This document shows positions 13,577 to 26,503 of a DNA stretch of 64,000 bases, in pieces. Origin of the DNA: Vicugna vicugna (lineage: Eukaryota). Location of the stretch: assembly GCA_013265495.1 (NCBI GenBank), contig MU058844.1:11926184-11990183 (forward strand), read 5' to 3'. A program made the translations under genes and the position numbers. The number at the start of each line of letters is the position of its first letter. The first letter of the stretch is position 1. Below the pieces are notes generated by a model. It ran no database searches. It was given only the letters and a program-made list of their open reading frames with translations, and had not been told where the DNA came from.

Positions 13577-13717
13577 GGACTGGGTCTAAAGCCATTTCAT
13601 GATTTTAAGGTTTCCAAGTTTCATTAGCCAATAAATTCCCTTTTAATTTCAAACCAGTATGAGCTAGTTTCTGTCATTTATTTCACTATCATGAGAGAAA
13701 GCGTCCTGATTAATACA
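13577..13717 (+). mobile_element. Old MaLR LTR (MLT1H-K type), 3' part
   Basis: 'gccaataaattcccttt...gagctagtttctgtcattt...gtcctgattaataca' is the characteristic MLT1 LTR terminus. Confidence 0.75.
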
Positions 13718-14568
13718 TATGCAAATATGACAAAGATACAATCTCCTTTAAGGTAACACAGAAATAGGGTTAGTATAACATCAGGGCAACAATAAGTTTC
13801 CTTCACTCTGCTTTTCACTGTCTCTTGCACCTTGAAAATGACTTACTATGTGCTGTTAAGTCTCTAAAATCGTATCATAAAATCTTTCATTTCACAAATA
13901 TAAACCAGATTTAAAATTCAAACATCCTAGAAAGCAGTAACACTATTCCAGAAACTCATATATGAATGGGAAGTTACTAGATATACTGAGGGTCTTTGAT
14001 ATGCTAGGACCGGTCATAGAGAACAGACAGATGAATGAATCTTTGAAATGTGGAAAATAAAAATTTCTTATACAATTTCTTTAGTTCACTTAGATTTTTT
14101 TTTGTAATACAGCTTTTAGCCAGGCTAGTTTACTAATGTCCAGATGGTTAACGTGGAGCCCAGTTCATGCCACTTTAGCAAATACAGAGAATTGGCTCTT
14201 TACTATTATTACCCTCAGCAATTAACCATTATTGGAAAATCCACACACTATTTCCCCAGGAAAAAAAAGCTGGCATGTTTTACTAAAAGGCAGTTTTTAT
14301 GAAATTGCATAAAATTGTCAAAGGATTTGAGGGCAACAATTGCTGGATTATTACGGAATTTCCAGAATTTGTATACCCAATACTATCTTGGAAACCGAGC
14401 AAAAAGGAATCAGGGCTGCCTGACTGAATAGTAAGTATTTGGGACATGGTAGCTTTTGTTTGTGCTTCCAAGTGTGAACTGTGTTAACAATATCTTATCA
14501 ACTCCAGATTTGGCACTACTGCTACTAATCCAATCCATGTGAATCACTTGCCAATTATTTTTAAGTGC

Positions 14569-14598
14569 TACACATACAGACACACACACACACACACA
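14569..14598. repeat. (CA)n microsatellite
   Basis: tacacatacagacacacacacacacacaca. Confidence 0.9.
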
Positions 14599-14811
14599 GA
14601 AAAGCCTGTTTCTAATCCTAAAGCTTTTTAATAGCTTTAAATATTATTAACACTAACAGAGAAGAACGTTCTTTACCCAATTTAAAAGTGACAGTGAACA
14701 AGATGAATGAAAATAGAATAGAAAAGGGCCTCAGATGAATGCTCTTTTAAATGTGTTCATTCAATAGATGTTTAATTGATCTTCCACAGCTCAGATTAAG
14801 CTAAAAATGTC

Positions 14812-14975
14812 AGGGATCTCACTAAGATCATCCATCCCATTCCTCAAGCATTACAAATGAGAGACATGTTACATAAAGAAATCAAATGTGGTGTAGAAGG
14901 TCATGCAGATGAGTACTTGCAAGGCCAGCAGTAGAATCAAAATCAAACCCCGTGGTCCAACTGTCTTTCTACTTC
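14812..14975 (-). mobile_element. MIR3/MIRc-like SINE fragment
   Basis: 'aagatcatccatcccattcctcaagcattacaaatgagagac...aaggtcatgcag' layout. Confidence 0.55.
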
Positions 14976-15029
14976 TGTAACATTTTAAAGTGATTTACAC
15001 TGCAGGAAATAAAACTGCTTTCACCTGAT

Positions 15030-15205
15030 CAGCAATTATTCTTCTATCATCAGGATCTCATTTCATTTGGAAAATTACTGCCTTCTCACTGATTATAACT
15101 CTGTTGAATTGTCAAAAAAGAAATTCTACTCTCCCTGGACCAAGGTGTACACATATGGCTGAAACCAAGCAAGATAGACTTGTTTGCTCAGGAACTTGAA
15201 CCCTC
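15030..15205 (+). mobile_element. Old MLT1-type LTR fragment
   Basis: 'tttcatttggaaaattactgccttctcac...ctctccctggaccaaggtgtacacatatgg...caggaacttgaa' resembles the 5' half of MLT1J-L. Confidence 0.4.
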
Positions 15206-15245
15206 ATAATTTGTTTGTGTACATGGAAAATGTTACAGATATTTT

Positions 15246-15800
15246 ACAAAAAATTTGGTGGTTTCTTATAAAGTTAATCATACCTTGCCATATGACTCCT
15301 AGATCTTTACCGAGATAAAAATAAACATATGCCTACAAAGCAATTTGTATGCAAATATTCATGGTAGCTTTATTCAGAAGAGCTAAGAACCAGAAATGAC
15401 TCACCTACCTACAACTGACGAATGGGTAAATGAATTGTGGTAAATTCATAAATGGAATATTCTTCCACAATAAGAGTAAATAAACTACTGATATATGCAA
15501 TACATGGATGGATTGCAAAAATATGTTGAGTGAAGGGAGACACAATCTTATATACTATATGATTCCATTTATATAACAGTGTGGAATAAGAAAAATCCAG
15601 CTGCTGCCAGCGGCTAGAAAGAGCGAAAGGGATCAAAGATGTTCGAGAAAACTCTGTAGGGATGAGGAAGGTTCTGGGTTACAAGGAGTATGTAGACTGC
15701 TGTGGTGGATATAGGATCGCATACATTGATCAAAACTTATCAAACTACAGTCTAAAGAATGACTCTGATGTATGTATTAATAAATCTGTAAAACAAAATT
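15246..15800 (+). mobile_element. Ancient L1 3' end (L1ME-like)
   Basis: 'tttcttataaagttaatcataccttgccatatgac', 'gaatgggtaaatgaattgtggtaaattcat', 'tactatatgattccatttatat'. Confidence 0.85.
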
Positions 15801-15814
15801 GTTTTTTATTATTT

Positions 15815-16860
15815 TAGAAAGGGAAAAATAGAAACATTTTACAGATAAATAAAACTGGAGACAACTGGTCATTAGCAGAACATCCCATTACAAAAATTTT
15901 TAAAGAAAGCTCTTCAGGCTGAAGGGAAGTGATATCAATAGGAATAAAGATAAATAGGAATTTCTGATATGTAGGTAACTAAAAAATACTATTTATTTTC
16001 CACCTGTTAATTTCTTTAAAAAGCATTTGTTTTTGTTAAAGCAAAAGTAATAATATTTATGTTAGAATTTTTAATGTTTATAGAACTAAAATATATGACA
16101 ACAATAGTACAAAGGAATTAGTAAAGTATACTTTTATATGGTTCTTACATTTATGTGAAGTGATATAATATTAACTATAAGTAGACTGAGACAGTTAAGG
16201 ATGAATGTTGCAATCCCTAGAGCAACTACTAGAAAAAAAATCAAAAAGCTATAATCAAAAAGCCAGTAAACAAATTACAACAGTAAATAAACACAAAATT
16301 TCATTAACCTGAATGAAAACATGCAAAGAACAGAGGGGGGAAATACATGTGACAAATAGAAAACTAATACAGATAGTAAACTTATTCCTAGGCATCAGAA
16401 AAAAATACAGTAAGTTTAAATATACTAAATACTTCAGTAAAAGGCAGACATTTTCAACCAAAATGAAAAGGCAAGAATAACTATATATCCTCTACAAAAG
16501 ATACATTTTAAATGTAAAAAAAACGAAAGAAAAAGAAAAACAAAGGAAAAAACTATACCATACAAATAGTACACACATACTATGCAAACAGAAAGCAGAT
16601 ATAACTATTTGATGTTAGACTAAGTAATCATTGAGACAGGAAGTATCACTGGAGTTAAAGAAAGATATTTTGTACTAATGGGTCAATTCACTGAAGAGAC
16701 AGAAAAATCCTAAACATGTATGCACCTAATGACAAAACTTCAAAATTCCTAAAGCGGTAACTGAAAAATAAAGAGAGAGATTAATAGATTCACAATCAGA
16801 GTCAGATGTTGATACCTATCCTATGGTAACTGATAGAACTAGAAAAATCAAAATGTAAGA
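15815..16860 (+). mobile_element. Ancient L1M: ORF1 end, inter-ORF region and ORF2 endonuclease start
   Basis: ORF1-end-like 'aaacattttacagataaataaaactg...ctcttcaggctgaagggaa'. EN-like 'gggtcaattcactgaagagac...cctaaacatgtatgcacctaat'. Confidence 0.8.
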
Positions 16861-16865
16861 ATAAA

Positions 16866-17770
16866 CAAAGAGGAAATGCAGATGGCCAACAGGCACATAA
16901 AAAGATGCTTAATATCCCTAATCATCAGGGAAATGTAAATCAAAACCATGATGAAATACCACCTCACACCTCTCAGAATGGCTGTCCTCTAAAAGACCAC
17001 AAATAGCAATGGTTGATGAGGATGTAGTGAAAAGGGAACCCTCGTACACTGTTGGTGGGATTTTAAATTGGTGCAGCCACTGTGGAAAACAGTATGGAGG
17101 TTTCTCAAAAAGCTAACATTATATGATCCAGCAATTCTACTCCTGGGTATATATCCAAAAAAACCAAAAACACTAATTCAAAAAGATACATGCACCCCAA
17201 TGTTCATAGTAGCTTATTGACAATTGCCAAGATATGGAAGCAACCTAAGTGCCCATCAACAGAAAATGGATAAAAGAAGATGTGGTAGATAGATAGGTAT
17301 ACAATGGAATACTACTCAGCCATAAAAAGAGCAGAATTTTGCCATTTGCAGCAGCATGGATGGACTTGGAGGATATTATGCTAAGTAAAATAAGTCACAC
17401 AAAGACAAATATGATATATCACTTACATGTGGAATCTAAAAAAGTACAACAAACCAGTGAATATAACAAAAAAAAAGAGCAGACTCACAGATACAGAGAA
17501 CAAACTAGAGGTTACCAGTGGGGAGAGGGGAAGGAGAGGGACAGTATAGAGGCAGGGGATTAATACAAACTACTATGTATAAAATAAGTTGCAAGGATAT
17601 ATTGTACAACATGGAGAATATAGCAAATATTTTATAATAACTATATAATTTAAAATAAATATTTAATAATTATAAATGGAATATAACCTTTAAAAATTAT
17701 GAATCACTATATTGTAAATTTGTAACATAATATTGCATAGCAATTATACTTCAATTAAAAATTAAAATAA
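16866..17770 (+). mobile_element. Younger, 5'-truncated lineage L1 (ORF2 C-terminus and 3' UTR) nested in an older L1
   Basis: Low-divergence L1 text 'cagatggccaacaggcacat...', ORF fragment PFAAAWMDLEDIMLS, terminus 'caattatacttcaattaaaaattaaaataaa'. Confidence 0.93.
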
Positions 17771-17908
17771 ATATGTAACAGAAAAATTTGTGAGATGTAG
17801 CTCAAATAACAATAGAAGGAAATTAATATATTCAAATGCTTATAATAAAAAATGTTTTCTCACTTAAGCTTCTAACTCAAGAAGCTAGAAAAATTAGCAA
17901 CTTAAAGC
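17771..17908 (+). mobile_element. Continuation of the ancient L1M ORF2
   Basis: 'aaaatttgtgagatgtagctcaaa...agaaggaaattaatatattcaaatgctt' corresponds to the NLWDAAKAVLRGKFIALNA region. Confidence 0.65.
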
Positions 17909-17914
17909 ACATTC

Positions 17915-18240
17915 TGTCTCTACCTGGATTCTCATCACCACTGCTATTTAACTTGTAAATTCTTGCTCATCTTTCCAGGTTCATTTCAACTCTCACCTCT
18001 TTTGGAAAGCCCTTAATTCCTAGTTAATTGTACTCATTTTTTTCTTCTCAAATTCTTGGCACATATTTTAACTATGGCACTGTAAATAATTTTGTTCCTT
18101 TCTTTCTAGTCTGTAAGTACTCTGAGAGCAGAAGTAACATCCTATTGCTCCTTTTATCCATGGTGTTTGTCATAGGAGCTGTCCTATGTGGGCACTTACT
18201 AAAATTGTACTTAATGTGTGAGTGACTGAGGGAATGAGTC
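17915..18240 (+). mobile_element. L2 3' end
   Basis: 'tcacctcttttggaaagccctt...ctgtaagtactctgagagcagaag...gggcacttactaaaatt...tgagtgactga'. Confidence 0.7.
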
Positions 18241-18361
18241 AGAGTGAAATGCAAATCCAGGGTGTACACAATTCTGAAAAAATGAGAATATGAAATTGAA
18301 AGGACGTCTCTGCCAGCTTCATGTGAAAAATGGAACTTGACGCTAAACAACGAACAAAAAA

Positions 18362-18486
18362 TGATTTAGCATCTCCATTTTACAGACGAAAAGACTGAGA
18401 AAGAGAGATTAAGCATGACTCATAAGGAATCAGGATTTATATCTAGGACAGTCTGACTTCAATGTCCTTGAACTTAGCTACTATAC
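18362..18486 (-). mobile_element. MIR SINE fragment
   Basis: 'atctccattttacagacgaaaagactgaga...ctaggacagtctgacttc'. Confidence 0.8.
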
Positions 18487-19054
18487 TTGGTCAGTTAGTT
18501 GAAGCCACTTCAGCCTGCTCATCACTGTTGGGAGATGCCCCAAGACAAGCCTGAGGGCAGATGAAGGGAGAAGGAAGGAAAGGTGGATGATGATACAGTG
18601 ATGGTGCATCTAGACACACAGAGAGGGCTGGGAGAGTAATGGGCTCAAGGAAGCCTGGAGAGAGATGACTGGAAGGTAAAAGGGTTGTGGGAGTTAATCA
18701 CACAATCCAGGCTCCTCCAGACCTGGAGAGTCACACAGGATACCAAGATGTGCTAACTCCTCTGGGTGAGGGAAACTGGGTCAGAAGCAGAGAAATGCAG
18801 CTCTGTAATAAGATGAAGAGCTCAGCTGCCAGAGGGGGAATACCAGCGAGAGGTTTCCCATCCCATCACCAAAGATGAAACTAATGAGCTAAATCTATGC
18901 TGCTTTTGAACTGGTAGTAGTTGGAAATCATTACCGACTGTACATGAGTTAGTGATAAAGCGCAGTCGCTTCCAGTACGTTTGTGTTCAAGCAGTATTAG
19001 ATTATAAACAGGTGAACAGATGAGTGTAGGAAGCCCATGCATACATCGCTCCAT

Positions 19055-19172
19055 GTATTTACTCATTCAGCAAATGTATTTGCACCAATCATGTCTCAGG
19101 CACAAGAACAGTCACCAGGGATTACAGGAAAATAGAGGAATGGTCCCTGCACTCAAGGAACTCAAAGTGTTG
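19055..19172 (-). mobile_element. L2 3' end fragment
   Basis: 'tttactcattcagcaaatgtatt...atggtccctgcactcaaggaactcaaagt'. Confidence 0.7.
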
Positions 19173-19818
19173 CTACATGTCATAGGAAAGAATGATGAGA
19201 GCATCATATCAATGTAGAGCCTAGAGAACCAGAAGATTCTTACTCAGCCATAACAGAGAAAAGCTACTTAAGGTACGTTTAGCAACTTAGAAAATATCTT
19301 CAGGGAAAAGGCTGTGACTTGCCAGAAGGTTCTTCCTCAGGAAAGAGCCAGTGTCACTTGTTAGGAAGCCAGAGAAAGTTTCCAAAATCAGAAAGAACCC
19401 AGTTGAGGGTCTTTCTGTGTTGGCCACAATTCTACAGAAAATTCAGAAAGCACAGATGGCTCTCAAGCCCTCATTTACTCCATTAAATACTGAACTTCTT
19501 GCTAGATGCTATCATGTCTTATGCCCAAGAGTAGACATGGAATCATGTGAAAACTCCCCTCAGTGGTTCTCATTCTCAGGTCCATGAACACCCCCTGCTT
19601 TCCACCTCCAGTCCCAAACCCAGGACATAGCTATGAAAGGCTAGCCACCCAGAACAGATTTCACTGCTGGGATCAGGCATGCTACAGGGAGTACACCAGC
19701 CATGGAGAGTGGTGCCTGAGGGAGAGGCAGTACAAGGGGAAGACGTGGGAGAGCATGTTAGTACAGACAACTTTGTCCTACTTATTTAATCTTCCAATTT
19801 TGCCAAGGGTGCGCCTGA

Positions 19819-20185
19819 CGTATTAACCATCTATTGCTGTTTGACAAGCTACCACAAGCTTAGCGGCTCAAAATAACACCTGCTTATTATTTCACAATCC
19901 CTGTGTGTCAGGAGACCAGGCATAATTAATTAACGGGGGCCTCTGCTTTAGGGTCTATCCAAGGCTGCAGTGAAGGTGCTGGCCAGGGCTGAGGTCTTAT
20001 CTGAAGGCTCAACCAGAGAGAAATCTGCTTCCAAACTCACATGGTTGTTGGAAAAGTTTTGTACCTTGTAGGTTGTTAGACTCGGGGCCTCGTTTCTTGC
20101 TGGCTATAGACCAGAGGCTTCCTTTAGTTCCTCACCAAATGACTCTCTCTATCATAGCAGCTTATTTCCTAAAAGCCAACAAGGA
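19819..20185 (-). mobile_element. MaLR LTR (MLT1E/F-like), partial
   Basis: 'tattgctgtttgacaagctaccacaagcttagcggctcaaaataac...aaggctgcagtgaaggtgctggccagggctg...tctgcttccaaactcac'. Confidence 0.88.
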
Positions 20186-20344
20186 TCACTTTAATTCAAA
20201 ACAATACCAGTAATGGTGGAATATGAGCAAAAGATGTCTTTTTCAGGCTACAGGCCCAGACTATGTGGTAGCAAATCTTTTTAGGAAGTAGTGTCCGTAG
20301 GTTTTCTTTGCTTTAATTTATATATGGATGAAATGTGAGTTTTA

Positions 20345-20450
20345 TAATCATTCATTTAACAGCTATTTATTGTTTTAAATTTAGGAGATACATTGGCATC
20401 AAGGTGGACAAAACTGTCTTTAAAAAGCTTACATTCAAGCAGAGGGAGAA
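20345..20450 (-). mobile_element. L2 3' tail fragment
   Basis: 'tcattcatttaacagctatttattg...ggagataca...gacaaaactgtctttaaaaagcttacattc'. Confidence 0.6.
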
Positions 20451-20811
20451 CCTCTATGATGATCTAGAAGTTTAATAAAAGATTATATTTATTATGTGCT
20501 TACTGGGTGCCAGTCAATGGGCTAAGCGTTTTACTGCATTTTACCTTTACATGGCTCTTTCACTGAACACACTATATAACTTAATTTCGCTACATATTTT
20601 TTTTAACATTTTTTAATTGAGTTTAATGCTGTATCCAGTTTAGAGTAACCAGTCTGCGAGGGCATAATAAGTGGTGGGTATGTGTTTTGATCCTTGGTCT
20701 TTCTTGATTCCAAAGTCCCTAACTTTAACCATATAGCACATGTAGTTCAGAGAGCCATCAGTCTGGGAAACGGAGTATCAGGAACAGGAAAAAGATCAAA
20801 GTATTAGACAC

Positions 20812-21211
20812 TGACAAAGACTCTCTGATGAAACTTTAGGCAGGCTCATCTGAGCCCTCTTTCTGGCTCGGACTTGTCCTTGGGCTCTGTCTTCAGTCTG
20901 CCTAGTTCAGTTGTAGCAAGAATCCTACTAAGTCAGTTCAGTGAGACCCCTGACCCTTGATATCCGACACCCTGGCCTGACTTTAGCAAGAATCCCTGCC
21001 CCTACCCTTGATACCTGCTCTTAGTCTTCCGTGTCCACAGACCCCTTCCTCCTGTACTCTGGCTGTTAACTCCCCCCTTATCCTTTCTGTACTCAGAGTT
21101 GAGCCCTATCTCTCCCCCTTATTGTGGCAATCCTGACACCTATCACAATACTCCTGAATAAAGTCTTCCTAATCATTTTAACAAGCATCCAAACAGTGTT
21201 TTCTTCTAAAA
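20812..21211 (+). mobile_element. ERV1 solo LTR (MER31-like)
   Basis: Starts TGACAAAGACTCTCT...aaactttaggcaggctc. Repeated 'tagcaagaatcc', AATAAA at ~21157, terminus 'ttttcttctaaaa'. Confidence 0.85.
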
Positions 21212-22439
21212 ATGTGATATATCTAAGAGGGCTATGCAAACCAGGGATAGCTCAAGGAGAGACCATTCATGTTAAAGGTAGTCTGGTAGTTGACTTTCAT
21301 CTGTAAGCACTTGGTCTAGACAGTGAAACGGGTTGTGAAGGTTTGGGTGCATGACAGATTATAGCTTCAAAGGAAGGAGCGACCCTTTTTTAAAACCATC
21401 CCTGGGGTAGAAAATAGTGGCACTGACGACATTCAATCACAAAATTCTACTGCAGATACTAGGATGATGTAAGAGAAAACTGGGCTGTATAAAAAGAGAG
21501 ATCAGAGGCTTGATAATAAGGATAGAGTGGGGGGTTGCAATGCTGTAGCAAAACCCCAGGGACCTGCATGGTGTCCCAATTATTCTGCTGATAAGAGACA
21601 CAGTAGCCTACGTATTTCTCATATATCCTATTAGATCACTGTGTCAGCTGGGATTAAAGACTGTAAGCAGAGACAGATGCTCTTTCATTTGAAGGACATT
21701 AAAAAGGACCCCCAGAGAAATAAAACAAGCTAGCTTCTGTGGTCCAGAAAGTCATAGGGCATGATGCCTTTTTGGGAGAAGAATGAAAGTCCAGAGCAAG
21801 GCATAAAGTGGATAATTTTTGTGAGCACAGCTACCAGGACAAGAATTCTATGAACCCGATGTTTTCAAGGCTAATCAGTTATGAAAGATGGTAACAGGTG
21901 TTGCCCCAAGGCAGACGAATGGGTGAAATAATTTGTTCAACTCCATAATTACACCAAAACAGTATGAAGGGCTAACTCTAATAAGAGTTCCCAGCGTCTC
22001 CAGTAAGTAACTAGAAGCCATAATAAATAACAAGGTGTCAACAAAGGAACCTCCAGCTATGAGTGGTTCCATGGTTAGCAGGAATGGCATCTGCACAAAG
22101 CAGTCATTCAACTGGTGCCAGATAATGATGTGGGTCCAAATGATTTCTACATTACAGACTGAACTACAAGGCACAGAGGTTTGTTGATGGAAAGAATGAC
22201 AAGATTTTCTCATAGCCTATTATCTGGGCTCCAAGGTTGAGACAATTTTGTAGTGGTACTTGCTCGTGGGCGTTAGGGATCGGAAGTCACACCCCAGGAT
22301 TCTGCATGGCTTGGCTCCTAACAACCTCTCCTTACTCTCTCCATTCTTCTCTGCAATCTGGACCCTGTGGTTTTCTTTGTCATTTGGAGGGCCTTCGTAC
22401 ATGCTGCCCCCCAACCAGAAAGTCACCATGTCCCCCTAC

Positions 22440-22745
22440 CGTACCTGCTTGGTTAACTTCCATCTTTCAGATTTTAACTCAGACATAACTTGCTCAGAGA
22501 TGCTTTCACTGACCTCCCAGAGTAGGTCAGTTGTCTCTTTTTATGACATTCTTAAAATTCTGTGCTTTTCCTTTGCAGCCTTATCATAGCTATAATTTCT
22601 GTGATTCTTTGATTAGCATCTGTCTCTCTCGAGAGACTATACGCTCTGTAAGGGCACTTGTCTTTTAAAGAATTACATGTTTTTGTACATTATCTCTCTT
22701 GTACACAATGGCACTAAAAAATGAATGGTTGAATGACTAATGAAA
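22440..22745 (+). mobile_element. L2 3' end
   Basis: 'ctcagacataacttgctcagagatgctttcactgacctccc...atctgtctctc...gaatggttgaatgactaatgaa'. Confidence 0.75.
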
Positions 22746-22924
22746 GATAATCACTAGACCTTTATATAAATAGCTAAATATGCTTCTTTGTTCTAAGCAC
22801 TGACTGTGGCTCAGAACTGTCACTAACGACAGTGCTGGATGGGGATGGGAAGGAGCTTTTGGCCCCACCATGAGTAGTTCATGGTGCCAGATTCAAAGTG
22901 TACAGTACACTGTGCTCAATAAAG

Positions 22925-23100
22925 TGCTTCGACAAGTTCATGTGATCCTGACCACAATCTCACAAGGCTTGGTAATACCATCCTTATTACAAGTTTGGCA
23001 CAGTAAGGCTTAGACAGGCAATGCTTTACTTAATGCCTTGGAGCTGAATCAATGGTAGAGCAGTGCCTTTGGACCTAGGTTGTTTCAGTCTTAGTCTATT
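22925..23100 (-). mobile_element. MIR SINE fragment
   Basis: 'gatcctgaccacaatctcacaagg...taaggcttagacagg...aatggtagagc'. Confidence 0.55.
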
Positions 23101-23520
23101 TCTCATTCAAAATAACAATATTTATAAAATGAGTTTTTACATTGTAAAGCCAAAAATGTAAAGTATTTCTTTATGGATTTCTCATGTAACTATAAAATAT
23201 AAACATTGTACCCTATATAAAATAATACTCATTTTGCATAAACAGATATATTTCATACTTAGAACTCTCAACACTCCTATGCTTGTCTTTCATTTATATA
23301 TTCTGGTGTTTATTTGAGACCCAGTCTTAGGCATAGGAACTTCTCAACTAAGCTGTATACTAGAATCACTGGAGGGAGTTTTAGACAAATACAGAGGGAC
23401 ATTTGGCATCCATGAATAAGCATTTGTCATCACTGCTAAAGGTGATACCACAGTGTAAAGGTACAGTCCCTATATTTAAATGGGCTTAGAGTTCAACAAG
23501 TTTTATGAGTGTATTAAATA

Positions 23521-23558
23521 TGTGTGTGTGTGTGTGTGTGTGTGAGTGTGTGTGTGTA
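23521..23558. repeat. (TG)n microsatellite
   Basis: tgtgtgtgtgtgtgtgtgtgtgtgagtgtgtgtgtg. Confidence 0.95.
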
Positions 23559-23584
23559 TTAAAATTTGACATAGGAAAGTGATG

Positions 23585-23755
23585 TGGGTAAGACCTTACA
23601 TGATTTGAATTCTGACAGATCTGAGTTTGAATCCCAGATCCTCCATTTACTAGCTGTAAGACATGGGGGAAGTTACTTTCTAAGCCTCAATGATTTTATA
23701 CATAAATGGTTATATAATAACAAACCTCACAGCATTGTATATAGTATAAAGCAAT
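23585..23755 (+). mobile_element. MIR SINE
   Basis: 'gacagatctgagtttgaatcccagatcctccatttactagctgtaagacatgggggaagttact'. Confidence 0.85.
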
Positions 23756-23814
23756 CACTCAAAAATGAAAACAGCAGTAGTAAGATACACCTTAAAAAAG
23801 GCATATTATGTGAA

Positions 23815-24362
23815 AATCCTAAATGTCCACTGACCACTGACTGGATAAAGAAGTTGTGATATATACATACAATGGAATACTGCTACTCAGCATAAAAAAG
23901 AATGAAATAATGTCATTTGCAGCAACATGGATGGACCCAGAGATTATCATACTGAGTGAAGTAAGTCAGACAAAGACAAATACCATATGTTATTCCTTAT
24001 ATGTGAAATCTAAAAAATGAAACAAATGAACTTATTTACAAAACAGATACAGACCCACAGACATAGAAACCAAATTTATGGTCACCAAAGGGTAAAGAGA
24101 GGGGTATAAATTAGAAGTTTGGGATTAGAAGATACAAACTACTATATACAGAACAGATAAGCAACAAGGTCCTACTGTATAGCACAGGGAACTAAATAGC
24201 TTGTAATAACCTATAATGAAAAAGAATGTGAACACAATATATATATAATATATATTATATAATATATATATATGCATAACTGAATCACTATGCTGTACAC
24301 CAGAAACTAACACAACATTGTAAATCAACTACACTTCAATTTAAAAACAGAAAAAAAAAAGA
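23815..24362 (+). mobile_element. Young cetartiodactyl-type L1 3' end with internal (TA)n and poly-A
   Basis: 'gcagcaacatggatggacccagagattatcatactgagtgaagtaagtcag', 'caaggtcctactgtatagcacagggaac', 'tgtaaatcaactacacttcaatt' followed by an A-tail. Confidence 0.93.
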
Positions 24363-25418
24363 AAATGCAAAGAAGGAAAAATTACATTTGTCATAAAAAG
24401 TCATTATCATTAATACTTGGTAATTCACATAGAGCTGTATTAACAAATTAAAAACAAATTAAAGCAAACAAAACATAGACATCACAAGATTTTTAATTTA
24501 AAAAATGAGATGAATTTTTTTTTTTGGAAATCACTTTTAGTTTCATAATTGTACCCTAAATATTCCATCTTACATGTTCTGTGGGTACCTTCTCTCAGGA
24601 AATCACACTATACAACTTTCTACAGAGGTGACGCCACATCCTACCACCTGAGTTGCCACTATTAAAGATTCAGGTTCAAATAAGCCGAGCAGATATAAAG
24701 GATGGCATTTACCAGGGAATGTCACACACTAATTGAATTCTAAAGCCATAATTCATGACAATAATTGAGTTGTTAATGGCTCTAAAAGAACTTGCTCTAG
24801 AATGGTCAAATCCCTTCTGACCAACTTGCCACCTGCTGCCTCGTCTCATGATTTCTAATCACTTAGCCTTCTCTGCTACTGTTTTATTTTCACTTCAAAA
24901 TTTATAATTTTGTATTTGTGTTACTCTAAATGTTCCTGATTTTTAAAAAGACATGATAGGAAAGATGTTCACTCGCATAAATCTTATCAGGATAATACTA
25001 CTTGCTTCCTTTTAGCACATGACAATAGCCAATTTTCTATTCTGTTAAATTGAGGTTTCCATTTAATCTGATTTCATTTTGCATTTACCAAGGCTTGACT
25101 GACTACTCACTCCAACCATGTACCAAGTACTGCGGCAGGTGCTAGGAAAACAAAGAGTAATGGATTTATTCTACCTTAGCCTTCCTGAAATTGTGTTCAT
25201 TTCCTGTCTGCAATACAATTGTGATTCAATACTATTTTTCTGATGTTATTTCAACTAGAATCTTTATTTTTTAATAATCCCATTACTAATATAAAATGTT
25301 ACTTAGCTTGGCTCAGAAACGAAAGATTAACATAAGGAAAATAATGGATATAATTGGAAAAAGTATGAAAGAAACCACATTTAGAAGACAACTTATTGCT
25401 AATATGTAGGTGTGGTTT

Positions 25419-25851
25419 TGCTACTGGAGAATAGGTTCTTGTCTCCCACAGGTAAGAATTGAAGAACAAAATATAGTAAAGTGAAGGTAAGTTTATTTAG
25501 AGAGACACACACTTCATAGACAGAGTGCAGACTTCTCAGAAGGCAAGAGAGAGTGACCACCAGGTGCAAGGATGTTAGTTTATGGGCTTGGTAATTTCAT
25601 ATGCTAATGAGTATGAGGATTATTTCAACTATCTTGGGGAAGGGGCAGGGATTTCCAGGAATTGGGCCCCTGCCCACTTTTTTGGTCTTGTATGGTCAGC
25701 CTAGGAACTGTCATGGCGCCTGTGGGCGTGCCATGAGGCTTAAGGTCTACTGGAAGTCGAATCTTCTGCCATCTTGGTTCTAACCAGTGTGTCCTGTCCT
25801 CAACTGTCATTCTTTCAATGATTGTGCCCCACCCACTTCCCTCCTGTCTCA
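25419..25851 (-). mobile_element. ERV1-class solo LTR
   Basis: Minus strand runs TGAGACAGGAGGGAAG...CCAGTAGCA (TG...CA termini). AATAAA on the minus strand at ~25493. 4-bp TSD GTTT/GTAT (one mismatch). Confidence 0.82.
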
Positions 25852-25964
25852 GTATAAGACTTTGGTTTTAATTTTAGCAATCGGAACTACTGAAACAAAT
25901 TCATAAAGTTGTTAACACTGAATGAGTGCTTCTTTTCATATGAGGAAGGGAGGAAAAGGGGGCA

Positions 25965-26190
25965 ATTTTTGAGTGACTATTATTCTAGACACCACACGTA
26001 CATTTTATTATTTATTATTCACAACCATACAGGGATGTAATTAAGATAGCCACCACTTTAACAAAGGAGAAAACTGAGGCCCTAGAAAGGTAAATAACTT
26101 GCTTAATATCCTTCTGCTACACGACAGGGTTGAGAACAGAGTTCATAGCTGCCTGGCTGCATGACCCAAACTCTTTCTATTCTACCATAT
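25965..26190 (-). mobile_element. MIR SINE
   Basis: 'tcacaaccatacaggg...aaaggagaaaactgaggccctagaaaggtaaataacttgc'. Confidence 0.8.
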
Positions 26191-26503
26191 TGCCCCACAT
26201 CCAGCAGAGATGAGACTAAAATGCGTCTGACTATAGGAAGAAATAAAAAGTGTAAGTTTTAGGAATTTAAAATGTATTTATATTAGAATGATGTTTACAA
26301 AGTAGAAAACATTTTGAAGGATTTATTGGATTTTAATTACCTTGTTAGAAACGGCAACTGAACATTATCCTTTCTAAAGAATGGATTTTTAGCAGGGCTT
26401 TTATGTTCCAAGCCTCATACAATCAGCACTAAATTTATCTGCCTCCTTCAGAGTCTCTCATTTGTCAAAGTGACCCAAGGCTTCCCCGGGGCATCAAGCT
26501 GAG

